Positions 1-11,060 are shown, numbered from the stretch's first letter. The stretch is DNA of 64,000 bases from Octopus sinensis (GCF_006345805.1 NC_043020.1:21700001-21764000), one strand, 5' to 3'. Numbers and translations: made by a program. Notes: generated from the sequence alone by a model not told the origin.

Positions 1-538
1 CCTGTCTTTTTCAATTCCTTCTTTGCTTTCAGGGCCTTCCCGTGTTATTCCATTCCCCAGGATGCCTTACAAAATACTCTCTCTCTCCCTCTCATTTAAA
101 TTATGTTCTACTCAATTTCCAAAGTTTCTAGATGGTGTGTAATATTCCCTACGAATTATATTCATTCTCGTTACGAATTATATTCATTCTCGTTGCTCCT
201 CCAATACCGGAAGTTTCTACCACCCCCTCCACCAATACCAGAAGTTTCTACCTCTGTTTTGACTCCCCCCCCCCGCGTATACATCCACTCGCACCCCTAT
301 GTCAGTTCTATTTGATCATATAGAGCAAAAACGGTGAAACGTATGCAGCTGTAGTCTCTCGCCCTCCACCAACACCGGAAGTTTCTAACCCCGTCTTGCT
401 TTACTACCCCCCCAACCACACCCCCATGTAGGGTTTATTTGATCATATAGCGCAAAAACTGTGAAATGTATGCAGGTTGTAGTCTAGTGTTTCAGTATGA
501 AATCTGCCAAATGCAAGCTTTCTTTTCAGGTACATGAC

Positions 539-3500
539 ATGTCTGTCCCTCATCCCAGGGTCTCAGAGGCCCACACCTCCCACACCCTCAGAGTTGGCAC
601 ACTCAATGTTGGCACATTGAAAGGTAGGTCTGGAGAGATGTAGAGCTGCTTGAACGGAGACGTGTGAATTTATGCTGCATCCAGGAAGTAAGGTGGAGAG
701 GAGGTTCCGCTAGGCTCCTCACAGGCAAGGAACACAGGTACAAGATTTTCTGGGCAGGGAACACTGACAGGGTAGGTGGCGTGGGTACACTTCTTGCTGA
801 GAAATGGGTAGATAAGGTAATCGAGGTAGTCAGAGTAAGTGAAAGAGTACTTAAGATTAGATTAGTGTTTCACCATAGGTCAGCTACCATCATCTCGGCA
901 TATGCCCCTCAACCAGGGCTACCGAAAGGACAGAAAGACCAATTCTATGACTACCTATTGCGGACTACCTCGTTGACAAATGACAGTGACCTTCTCTTTG
1001 TGGCAGGTGATTTCAATGGACATGTTGGCCGGCATGTCGGGGGCTTCCATGGCGTTCATGGTGGCTATGGTTTTGGCTCTTGAAATGAGGAGGGAACCAG
1101 GCTGCTGGAGTTCTGCGATGCAAATGACCTTATGGTTTGCAATACCAACTTCAGGAAACCCACCTCTCACCTAGTCACCTACCGTTCTGGCAGACACACT
1201 AGTCAGATTGACTACATCCTCACCAGAAAGAGGGAAAGAGGGCTGCTTATAAATGCCAAAACCTTTCCAGGCAAAGAATGTACTCCTCAACATAGATTAG
1301 TAGTTAGCGACATCAGGATCAGAGCTAAATGGTTGCCCAGAAGAAGACCAGCTTGGAGGAGAAGGGTCTGGAAGCTTAAAGATCCTGCAAATGGACAGAG
1401 ATTTAGAGACATACTACTCGAAGCCTTTGACAAAATAGAAGGGGATATAGCTTCACAACTGGAGATTTCTACGGGACAATCTGCTGACAGCCACTGACCA
1501 GATCTGTGGATGGAGCAAAGTCCCGTCTCGACCCAGAGTAACGTGGTGGTGGAACAATGTGGTGGACAGGGCTATTAGACAAAAGAAACAGGCTTGGAGG
1601 GACTGGAAGAACGGTGGTAGCAGGGAATTGTATCAGACAGCCAGAAGGGAAGCTAGGAGACAGGTTTATTTAGCCAGAGGGGAAGCGGATAAGAAAAAAT
1701 TTTCCAATGTTCTGAGCCGTGAGGATGAAAGACTTGAGGTATTTCGTGTTGCAAGACAGTGTGTGAGAGAGAATCGTGATGTGGTAGGAGAGAAGTGTGT
1801 TCGCATGGATGATAGTTCACTTGCGCTAAATGAGGATGCAAAGAGAGAGGTTTGGAGATGCCACTATGAAAGGTTGCTGAATAAAGAAAGTGAATGGGAT
1901 AAAGAGAGTCTGCCGAATGTTGACCCAACAGAGGGACCAGCTATCCGAGTTGATAGTTCCGTGGTAGCTAAGGCAATTAGAAGCACGAAGACAGGGAAAG
2001 CCCCAGGCCCTTCAGGAATTACTGCAGAGATGCTCAAAACATCTGGCAGTGTCGGCTATAACCTAGTCACCCGTATAGTCAACCAGGTGATACATGAAGG
2101 AGTCATACCCAATGACTGGTGTAGCAGCATACTAGCCAACTGCTACAAAGGTAAAGGTGATGCCCTAGATACAAATAATTACAGAGGTATCAAGCTGTTG
2201 GATCAGGTAATGAAGGTTACGGAGAGGCCCAACTAATTAGAGACAGAATTAGTTTAGATGAGATGCAGTTTGGGTTCGTGCCAGGGAAAAGTACCACTGA
2301 TGCTATATTCCTGGTAAGGCAGCTGCAGGAGAAATACCTAGCCAAAGATAAGCCCCTGTACCTGGCTTTCGTTGACATGGAGAAAGCCTTTGATAGGGTC
2401 CCCCGATCCCTTATCTGGTGGTCAATGAGGAAACTAGGAATAGATGAATGGCTGGTGAGGGCTGTGCAAGCCATGTACAGAGATGCCGTAAGTAAGGTTA
2501 GGGTTGGCAACATGTACACAGAAGAATTCAAAGTAGAGGTTGGGGTCCACCAGGGTTCAGTACTCAGCCCCCTCCTATTTATCATAGTCCTCCAGGCAAT
2601 TACGGAGGAATTCAAGACAGGTTGCCCCTGGGAGCTCCACTATGCTGACGATTTTGCTCTAATTGCTGAGTCACTATCAGAACTGGAGGAGAAGTTCCAG
2701 GTGTGGAAGGAGGGTTTAGAATCGAGGGGCCTTAGAGTCAACCTAGCTAAAACCAAAGTACTAATAAGTAGGAAGGTAGACAATCCACAAATGTCTTCAG
2801 GAAGATGGCCCTGCTCGATCTGTTGAAAAGGTGTAGGTAGAAACTCTATAAGATGTACCCAGTGTAAGCTATGGACACATAAGAGGTGCAGCAATGTCAA
2901 AGGTAGGCTAACTGGGAAGATAGTTTTTGTATGTGGCAGATGCTCGGGAGCATTAACCTCCGAAAATCTGCAGAAAACAACTTCCGTCACTTTCCAGGGG
3001 GAAAAACTAGAAATAGTTGATAGCTTCCATTATCTAGGTGACCAAGTCAGTAGTGGGGGTGGGTGCGCTGAAAGTGTAACTGCTAGAATAAGAATAGCCT
3101 GGGCAAAGTTTAGGGAGCTCTTACCTCTGCTGGTGACAAAAGGCCTCTCGCTCAGAGTAAAAGGCAGACTGTATGATGCATGTGTATGAACAGCCATGCT
3201 ACATGGCAGTGAAACATGGGCCGTGACTGCTGAAGACATGCGTAAGCTCACAAGAAATGAAGCCAGTATGCTCCGATGGATGTGTAACGTCAGTGTACAT
3301 ACTCGACAGAGCGTTAATACCTTGAGAGAAATGTTGTACCTAAGAAGCATCAGTTGTGGTGTGCAAGAGAGACGATTGCGCTGGTATGGACATGTGGCGA
3401 GAATGGATGAAGATAGGTGTGTGAGAAAGTGCCAATCCCTAGCAGTTGAAGGAACCCGTGGAAGAGGTAGACCCAGGAAAACCTGGGACGAGGTGGTGAA

Positions 3501-3597
3501 GCACAACCTTCGAACTTTAGGCCTCACTGAGGAAATGACCAGCGACCAAGACCTTTGGAAATATGCTGTACGTGAGAAGACCAAGCAGGACAAGTGA
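539..3597 (+). pseudogene. Disrupted ORF2 of RTE family A (APE endonuclease - RT - PHD-type finger - C-terminal domain)
   Basis: ATG at 539 reads MSVPHPRVSEAHTSHTLRVGTLNVGTLKGRSGE. Later segments give CCIQEVRW, AGDFNGHVG, SQIDYIL, TPQHRLVV, KAPGPSGI, NYRGIKLL and VGVHQGSVLSPLLF. Frameshifts near 640, 1460-1500 and 2228; stops at 1081, 2824 and 3187; natural stop at 3595-3597. Confidence 0.93.
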
Positions 3598-3711
3598 GCC
3601 CTGCCCACTTATGCATGCCTTTCCTCCCTTGGACACAAAGACCTGTTGAGGCAAGCGAAGTCGATATAGAACCTCATCCGACGACAGGCACCCATGCCAA
3701 CCCCCCTTTGC

Positions 3712-3942
3712 TTGCGAAGACATGTTGGGGCAAGCGAAATCGAAATCGAAATCGAATTGAACCAGCCAGGATCCCTGGTCTGGTGGTACGTAAAAAGCAC
3801 TATCCGACTTGTGGCCGATGCCAGCGCCGTTGCGAAGACATGTTGGGGCAAGCGAAATCGAATCGAATTGAACCAGCCAGGATCCCTGGTCTGGTGGTAC
3901 GTAAAAAGCACTATCCGACTCATGGCCGATGCCAGCGCCGTT
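3712..3942 (+). repeat. Near-perfect tandem duplication (~115-118 bp x2) in the RTE 3' UTR
   Basis: The unit ttgcgaagacatgttggggcaagcgaaatc...gatgccagcgccg starts at 3712 and again at 3830. Confidence 0.9.
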
Positions 3943-4559
3943 TCGACTGGCGTCCATGCCGGTGGCACGTAAAATACATCAATCCGACCGTGGCCATTGC
4001 CAGCCTCGCCTGGCACCTGTGCAGGTGGCATGTAAAAAGCACCCACTACACTCACAGAGTGGTTGGCGTTAGGAAGGGCATCCAGCTGTAGAAACATTGC
4101 CAGATAAGACTGGAGCCTGGTGCAGCCTTCTGGCTTCCCAGATCCCCGGTCGAACCGTCCAACCCATGCTAGCATGGAGAACGGACGTTAAACGATGATG
4201 ATGATTAGATCTGTGGAAGAATATGATCCAGACAGTTGATGGAGTAGCTTCTTGAGTACTTGACATAATTTTCTCTCTGTTGTCACTATAGACATTGGAA
4301 GATTTAATGCTTTGGTAAACTTCTGCATCAAGTCTATTTAAAACATCAAGGTTTAATATCCAGTGTAATTCATTTACAGTTCGTTTTTGCACTACTGCTT
4401 TCAGGTCTTAATTTGAAAACAAATCCAATAGCAGTGGCGATTAAATTATCTACAACAAATATTTAGTAAAAACTCACAAAAAAAAAAGTGAAAGAAATTC
4501 CACTGTGCATTTCATATACATTTTGCCCAATGTGCTAATGATTCTGCCAGCATGCCACT

Positions 4560-4695
4560 GTAATGGCTTCAAATTTTGGCACAAGGCTAGTAGTTTTAAG
4601 ACAAGGGGTAAATTGATTACATATTTAACTGGTACTTTATTTTATTGCCCCCAAAATGATGACAGGTATAGGCAACCACTCAGGATGTAATAAGA
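4560..4695 (-). mobile_element. Degenerate SINE fragment (same central domain as 22046-22290)
   Basis: The reverse complement contains ttttggggcaataaaataaagtaccagtt, resembling ttcggggtcgataaattaagtaccagtt at ~22160. Confidence 0.4.
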
Positions 4696-4817
4696 TTCTG
4701 TCTAATAATAAGAAAAACGAAGAAATTCAAATGTATAAGATTGTGATTTTTATGCATTATAGTAAATCACAAAATAAATTTGAAATAATAAAAAAAGACA
4801 GAATATATCTTTATTGT

Positions 4818-5675
4818 AGAAGAAGTAGACCCAGGAAGACATGAGATGAAGTGGTGAAGCATGACCTTCAAACATTGGGTCTCACAGAGGTAATGACAAG
4901 AGACTGAGGCCTTTGGAGATATGTTGTGATTGAGAAGACCTAGCAACTAAAGTAAAATCAGAGCCATGACCAATGCCAGTGTTGCATGTCCGGCCCATTT
5001 AAGAGTACCCCTGATGTGTCAGGCAATATGATATGCTTCAGAAGGCCTGTTGAATCAAATAAAACCAAAATCATAGCAGTGGCCACTGCTCCCTGACTAG
5101 CTCCCATTCTGGTGACACATAAAATGCATCTGGTAACATGTAAAATGGTCAATGCCAGGTTCGCCTGACTGGCTCCTGTGCTAATGGCACATAAAAAGCA
5201 CCATCCAAACATAACCGATGCCAGTACTTGACTGGCTCCGGTGCTGGTGGCATGTAAAAAGCACCATCTGAACATGGCCAACGCCGCTGACTGGCTCTCG
5301 TGCTAGTGGCATGTAAATAGCATGATCAATGCCAGTATAACCTGACAGGCTCCTGTACTGGTGCACATAAAAAGTACCATCCGAACATGGCCAATGCCAG
5401 TACTCTGACCGGCTCCTGTGCTGGTGGCATGTAAAAAGCACTATCCAAACGTGATTGAAGCCAGGCCCACCTGACTGACTCCTGTGTCGGGGGCACATAA
5501 AAAACACCCACTATACTCTTGGAGTGATTGGCATTAGGAAGGGCATCCAGCTGTAGAAACATTGCCAGATCAGATTGGAGCCTGGTACAGCTGCTGGCCC
5601 TCCATACCTCAGTCAAACCATCTAACCCATACCTGCATGGAAAATGGACATTAATCGATGATGATGATGATGACA
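4818..5675 (+). mobile_element. 5'-truncated, older RTE family A copy (ORF2 end, 3' UTR repeat array, tail)
   Basis: agaagtagacccaggaagacat (R.RPRKT), about 6-7 units of ~60 bp at 5100-5510, the conserved ttggcattaggaagggcatccagc terminus and a (GAT)n tail. Confidence 0.88.
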
Positions 5676-5884
5676 TGCTTCCTAAAAATTTTTTACTAAA
5701 GGAAGAAGACTAAATTACAATGTCCAATTCAATGAATTCTATAAAACATAATCACAAGTCAGACAAGTTTATGTCACTCCTTAATGAACCTTGACCCATC
5801 ACAGAACTCAAAATTATCATCAACATTTAGCATCCAGATTTTATACTGGCACGAGTTGGACAGTTTGGTAAAATCTAACAGGTC

Positions 5885-6170
5885 AGTCACTAATGTCTGT
5901 TTTCTATGGCTGGATGCCCTTCCTAATGCCAATCACATTCCTCCATATTTTTTTGCTTCAGACTTATTCCATAGTTTGCTCTGAAGCATATAATCACTGT
6001 TAACTATATTTTTATTACTTTCATTTTCCTTCCTATAAAAACTAACTGGTGGAGTTAAGAAGGGCATCCAGCCATAAAAAACAGACACAGAAGCTTCTGT
6101 TCAGCTGGCTCCTATCAAACCGTCCAACCCATGCCAGTATGCAGGGGGGGGAGTGTTAAACAATGATGAT
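5885..6170. mobile_element. Two short RTE-A 3'-terminal fragments (minus ~5885-5940, plus ~6045-6170)
   Basis: ctggatgcccttcctaatgccaa (minus) and gagttaagaagggcatccagcc...ccgtccaacccatgccag...aacaatgatgat (plus). Confidence 0.7.
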
Positions 6171-6789
6171 CTCTTGTAACATCAAATCTTATATCTTTCC
6201 CAACTATTCCCACCCATCCCTATATAATGTGTGGTAGCCATGTATCTTCTCTATAGCAAAACACCTATGCTTGTTCTTTCATAGGTTAGTCTTTCAAACT
6301 ACTTGACATCCTCACTAATGGCATAAAAAAAGGGCAGAGGTAAAGGACATGGACCTTTCAGTTATTTTTTTAGTTTTTTTCTACTGAAACCCACCTTTTC
6401 AACTGTGGAGATTCTGAATCTGAAAAAAAAAAAAAAAAAAGGGGAAGAAAAGAAAAATTGGGGGTGGATTGGGAAATAAAATCTTGAGATGCCAGTTTTT
6501 GCAGATTCAGAATCTCTGCATTCAAAAAGGTGGGTTTCTGTAGAAAAAAAACCCTCCAAAAAATAACCAAAAGGTCCATGTCCGTTACCTCTGCCAAAAG
6601 AAGCACCGAGCACACACTGTAAAGTGGTTGGCATTAGGGAAGCATCAAGCCAGAGAGACTGTGCCAAAGCTGATGAAATATATATATATATATATATTTC
6701 ATCAGTTTTGGCATAGTCTCTCTGGCTTGATGACCTTTTGAGCCTACGCTCTTCAACAGATAGGAATAAGAGAAAATAAACAGAGAGAA

Positions 6790-8207
6790 AATTTAAAAAA
6801 AACTTGCATGGCGAATGGTTGGGAAAAAAAAAGGTTTGACAGGAAAGGTAGAAAGAAGGGGAGATAATAAAGTATTGGTGATCCCAAAGGTGTACATGCA
6901 TGTATGTGAGAATGTGTGTGGATCGGGGTGGTTAGTGACTTTGACATGTGAGTGTGTGCATGTGTGTGTGCCTGTAATGTGTGGGTGTGCGGATGATGGT
7001 ATGATGGTGTGTGGGTGTGCGGATGATAATGGGTGCCTGTGAGGATGGTGGTGTTGGAGAGGTAGGGGCAAGTGTGGCAGCATGGGCAGGAGCAAAGGAA
7101 TGAGCCAGTTTGGGAGGTGGGGTTAGGGAAGAAACTGTGGACCAGAAGGTTGTGGGCTCATTTAAAGGAGGGAAGGAGTAGGTTGGGGAAGATGTGTGAG
7201 GTGGAGGGGTCAGAGTGGAGAATGGTGTGTTTGAGGAGCAGGGTGGAGGGGTGGCAGGTGAGGGGAATGGGAGACGGGCAACGGCAGGGGAGATTCAGGG
7301 AGAGAAAAGAGAGGCACGGTCCATGGAACATGCTCTGGCAAGGATGTGTGGATAGTGGTGAGGGGATATCCATGAAGGATGAAGTGGCAAGCCATGAGTT
7401 GAGACTGAGTCTCAGTCATGGTTGTCACTGCAGAGCCTGTGCAGACAGAGGAATTGGGAGTAAGGGATGGAGACTCAGTGAGGGTAGGGGAGAGGAGAAG
7501 TTAAGGTATGAGTGTGAGTTGGTGTGTTTGAAGTGGATGGAGGCAGTGAGAGCAGAGTGGTGCATGTCGAGAAATGTGATGGAAGTGTTGGAAATAGTGC
7601 AGGAGAATTCGAAGGCAGTATGGAAAGATTGGACAAAAGAGAGGAAGGAGTCTAGTTGTTGCAGGAGAGTGGGGTTGCACCAGTACAGTCATCAATATAA
7701 CAACCATATAGTTCAAGAGTGGAAACAGTGAATCGTGAGAATATTTGGGCCTCAATATAGCCAACGAACAGGTTCACATAGTCGAGGTCCATTCTCATTC
7801 TCATGGTCACTCCTAAGACCTGTTGGTAAAAATACCCTGCAAACGAGAAGCAGTTGAGGAAGAGAACAAGTTCAGCCAAATGAAAAGGTGTGGAGGTGTC
7901 AGGTTGGGGGTTGGATTGAAGGTTTAAGAAGTGTTTGAGTGCAAGAAGTCCTTTGTTGTGTAGGATCACTGTATAATAGACTCTTGATATCAAGAATGAA
8001 GAGAAGTTTAGAATGGCCAGGAGGGAAGGAGAAAAAGTTGAAAAGACAGAGAGCATTGTTAGTGTCGTGGATGTGGGAAGGGAGGGAAGCCATTAGGGGA
8101 GCGAGGATACAGTCAAGGTATTTCGAGATCAATTCCATGGGGCAGTTACTGGCGAGCCGATGGGGCAGCCTGGGTTGTTGGACTTGTGGATTTTGGGAAG
8201 GAAGTTA
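6790..8207 (-). mobile_element. Penelope-like element (PLE), 5'-truncated and heavily decayed
   Basis: Minus-strand translation gives FLPKIHKSNNPGCPI, ELISKYLDCILAPL..SLPSHIHDTNNAL, LFILDIKSL, LAELVLFLNCFSFAGYFYQQVLGV, YVNLFVGYIE, YGCYIDD, TISNTSITFLD and IFPNLLLPSFK. These match motifs of Penelope/Poseidon-type RT. Confidence 0.85.
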
Positions 8208-8280
8208 TATACATATATATCTATAAGCAAAAATGCTAGTTCTAAAATATAAGACATCAACACAGTAGTTGTACTGACAA

Positions 8281-8737
8281 GTAATATTCACAGCCACTTC
8301 AACATGGCTGTCCCTCAACTGTGATTTTTTAACCCCAAGAGGTCATCTCCTCTAGCTGGTTAACAATGCAGAGCTGCATCCAATAAATGTAAGCAGGGGA
8401 GCAAATCCCTACCACCTTCTAGTGATGGAACCAGTAGACCAGTTCTGGTTTTGGGCTAGTTCTGCCACTCTTCAGTGCTGGACACTTCATCTGCTACAGA
8501 CGGCAGTCGCTCGCAATATATATATTTCAAGCGAACACAGTCGCTGATTTTGCAACAAGCAGGACTGTTCTACTGGTCCCGCTGCTTGAAGGTGGTAGGG
8601 GTTCACTCCTCTGATCGCAATTTATCGGATGCAGCTCTGCATTGTTAATCAGCTGGAAAAAATGTCCTCTTGGGGTTAAAAGTCACTGTAGAATCCTTTC
8701 AAATGGACAGCCATGTTGAAGTGGCTACGAATATTAC
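8281..8737. mobile_element. Palindromic MITE / foldback element with ~190-bp imperfect arms
   Basis: gtaatattc..agccacttcaacatggctgtcc (8281-8313) is the reverse complement of ggacagccatgttgaagtggct..gaatattac (8705-8737). The internal blocks aaccccaagagg, aacaatgcagagctgcatcc and cctaccacctt are also mirrored. Confidence 0.8.
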
Positions 8738-9458
8738 TCATGTGTGTGTGTGTGTGTGTGTGTAATGCCATGCATCCTTTTCCAAGTAAGTTGTATTATA
8801 ATAATTATGATGTGCACTCTTCTATCTCTACTATCTCTTCTCTGTCTATCTCTCTCCCTCTCTTGTTCTTCATCCTTTCTAGTTTTCTCTCCCACCCTTC
8901 CCTATTCTTCTCCTCTCCTCTTCCCCGTTCCCTCTCTCTCACTCTTTTTCTTCAACTCTCTTGTCGCTGACACATGACGAAAGAGAATTCATCTTTCTAT
9001 CCATTTCCTTCCTAAAGACAAGACATTCTTATACCTGTCTCCTCTCATAGCTCATCCTCCTAGCATTCATAATAATTTTTCTATCGTCTTGGTTTAACAG
9101 CCCTCACTGTTTGTTTTTACTGGTCTTGTTCTCACTGTCCTGTTCTTGTTACCACTTTAACCCTCCGCAAAAAATCCCAAATTTTATTTAATTTGCTTTG
9201 CAGAAAGGACTGTTTCAACGAAGTCACATATTGTCCTTACCTTCGAAATGCAGAGTAGATGATACAGGGACAACTGATGAAGGGGAATATTCTTTTTGTT
9301 GCATGTCTCATTTCTCTGTTGTTTTTTATCGTTGTTCAAAAAAAGTTTGGTTTCTATGTTTTCGTTTCTCATTGTGTTCAATATTTTTTTTGATGTCTTG
9401 TACCCATATATGTAGGTATGTACATATATGTATGTATATATGCATATATTTATATTAT

Positions 9459-9492
<34 letters not shown>

Positions 9493-9952
9493 GTATATAT
9501 ATAAGGCAGGATGTGTGTGTGTACGTGAATGTAGTTTATGCATATCCACAAATTAGCACGCATGTCGCTCAAATTTTAGGACGACATTCATCACGACCCT
9601 AGCAGTATTTTCGTCAAATTATTTTCCCCCGAGGCACCTGCGAATAGCGGTAAATAATTTTGAACCATAACTTCTAACAATTTTCATGGTGGAGAAATCC
9701 ACCATTGTTTACAAATCGAACATAAGTTAAGTCCCCTTCTATCAATGGTGTAAAGTGAAGGAGAGAGAGAGAGAGAGAGAGAGATAACAGATTTTAAAAA
9801 TTTCGACTTTTTTACTGAGTGATTGACAGGCAAAAACAGACAGACAGGTGTTGTTATATATGTATGTATGTATATATGGCTTCAGTCACACACAAGCATG
9901 TATGCGTACAAAACACATATATGCAATGTGTGTGTGTGTTGCCCGTATATAT

Positions 9953-9984
<32 letters not shown>

Positions 9985-10429
9985 ATATAAACGATATTCT
10001 CCTTTTCTCCACAACTAATTTCCAAATTAGCTGAATCCATTGCTCTACTCATAGCAATATATAGCTGGCTATGCGTGAACACGGGAGAGAGCAGAAGTTA
10101 CCAGAGCAAAAGACCTACATGTTGACTGTAGACACGCTCATTTGCAAAAGATCAGCTATTATTTTGTGAACAATATTTTGAAACTGTTCATGTTTTCGAA
10201 AGGAGAGATCTGACTCTCACATCTCTGCAGGAGAAGGTAGGCTTCTCTATTCCTGTAACAAAATTTACGTCCAGGTGCCAAATTTGCTTCAATTGATGGT
10301 ATTACTCAAGTAGGAGGTGGTGGTGGTGGGACAGTGGCAGGGGCAAAGGCGTGCAAAAATATGTATGCAACAGGTGTATGTATGTATATGTTTGTGTGTG
10401 TGTTGCCCATATATATATATATACTTAGT

Positions 10430-10680
10430 TGTGATCTGAACATAACCGCTTCTCACACAGAGGATCGGGGGCCCTTTTGGGTGTTCTTGCTGGAAGGTTT
10501 CTCAACCCATGGGCAAAGGGATTCCTTATGGGATTTCCCAATCAAATTGTCTGCAAAATTTCAGCCAAAAGTTTACCAATTTCAACGGAATCGATGTTAC
10601 TTAGTTTGCTTTGAAATAAAGAGCTTGATTAGCTTAATAATCCTAACTTAATCCCAAGCAAAGCTGGGCTATACTGCTAG
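10430..10680 (+). mobile_element. Probable non-autonomous Helitron (3' end)
   Basis: A GC hairpin cccaagc-aaa-gctggg (10653-10668) is followed by CTAG (10677-10680) and then T, the canonical Helitron 3' architecture. The 5' boundary is a guess. Confidence 0.55.
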
Positions 10681-10692
10681 TATATATATATA

Positions 10693-11060
10693 TTGGGTTG
10701 GCAACTAAGTTCCTGCTGTTTTTTTAAATTTTGGAATTTATTGCATTTTTAAATTTTGGAATCTATTTTTTTTCTGAGAATTCTATTTTTGAATCATTTT
10801 GGAATCTATTTTGTTTTTGGTTTTTTTTTGTTTATAATTAATTTTTTGTTATTTTCAGATCATTAAAATGGAATGTCATGTTAAGAAAAACGACCATTTT
10901 CGACACCTCCTTCTTTTTGCCTTTAATCAAGGTTCTAAGGCCACAAAAGCTGCTCGCGACATTTGTGCTGTGTATAGAGAGGGTGCCATAGCTGAAAGAA
11001 CTGCTCGTCATTGATATACCAAGTAAAAATGGAAATTTTGACCTCAATGACGCACCTTTT
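10693..11060 (+). mobile_element. Mariner transposon 5' fragment (TIR and N-terminal HTH)
   Basis: TA followed by TTGGGTTGGCAACTAAGTT. ATG at 10868 reads MECHVKKNDHFRHLLLFAFNQGSKATKAARDICAVYREGAIAERTAR, then KNGNFDLNDAP after a stop and frameshift. Confidence 0.85.

Larger units (their letters stand above)
190..4205 (+). mobile_element. RTE-clade non-LTR retrotransposon (family A), near full length, inactivated; 5' boundary uncertain
   Basis: Order is 5' UTR, APE endonuclease, RT (QFGF, YADD-equivalent HYADD), RTE-type C-terminus (RRLRWYGHVARM...GRPRKTW), 3' UTR, then a (GAT)n tail at ~4194-4204. The 5' UTR motif gatcatatag.gcaaaaa is shared with the copy at ~40310. Confidence 0.95.

Noticed and set aside
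539-3597. Active, intact RTE element
   Set aside because: At least three in-frame stops and three frameshifts/deletions; some could be consensus errors, but that cannot be shown from this sequence alone.
3517-4175. Overlapping ORFs of 92-188 aa in the RTE 3' UTR (also 17489-18037 and 4958-5713)
   Set aside because: Produced by GC-rich tandem repeats with few stops; frames are not conserved between copies.
7072-7731. 219-aa plus-strand ORF
   Set aside because: Antisense, purine-rich shadow of the minus-strand Penelope-like element; no recognisable domain.
9262-9310. Hammerhead ribozyme at actgatgaagggg (also ctgatgaag at ~49327 and minus-strand ctgaaga at ~45445)
   Set aside because: The CUGANGA core is present, but I could not find a stem II followed by GAAA and a closing stem III/UH.
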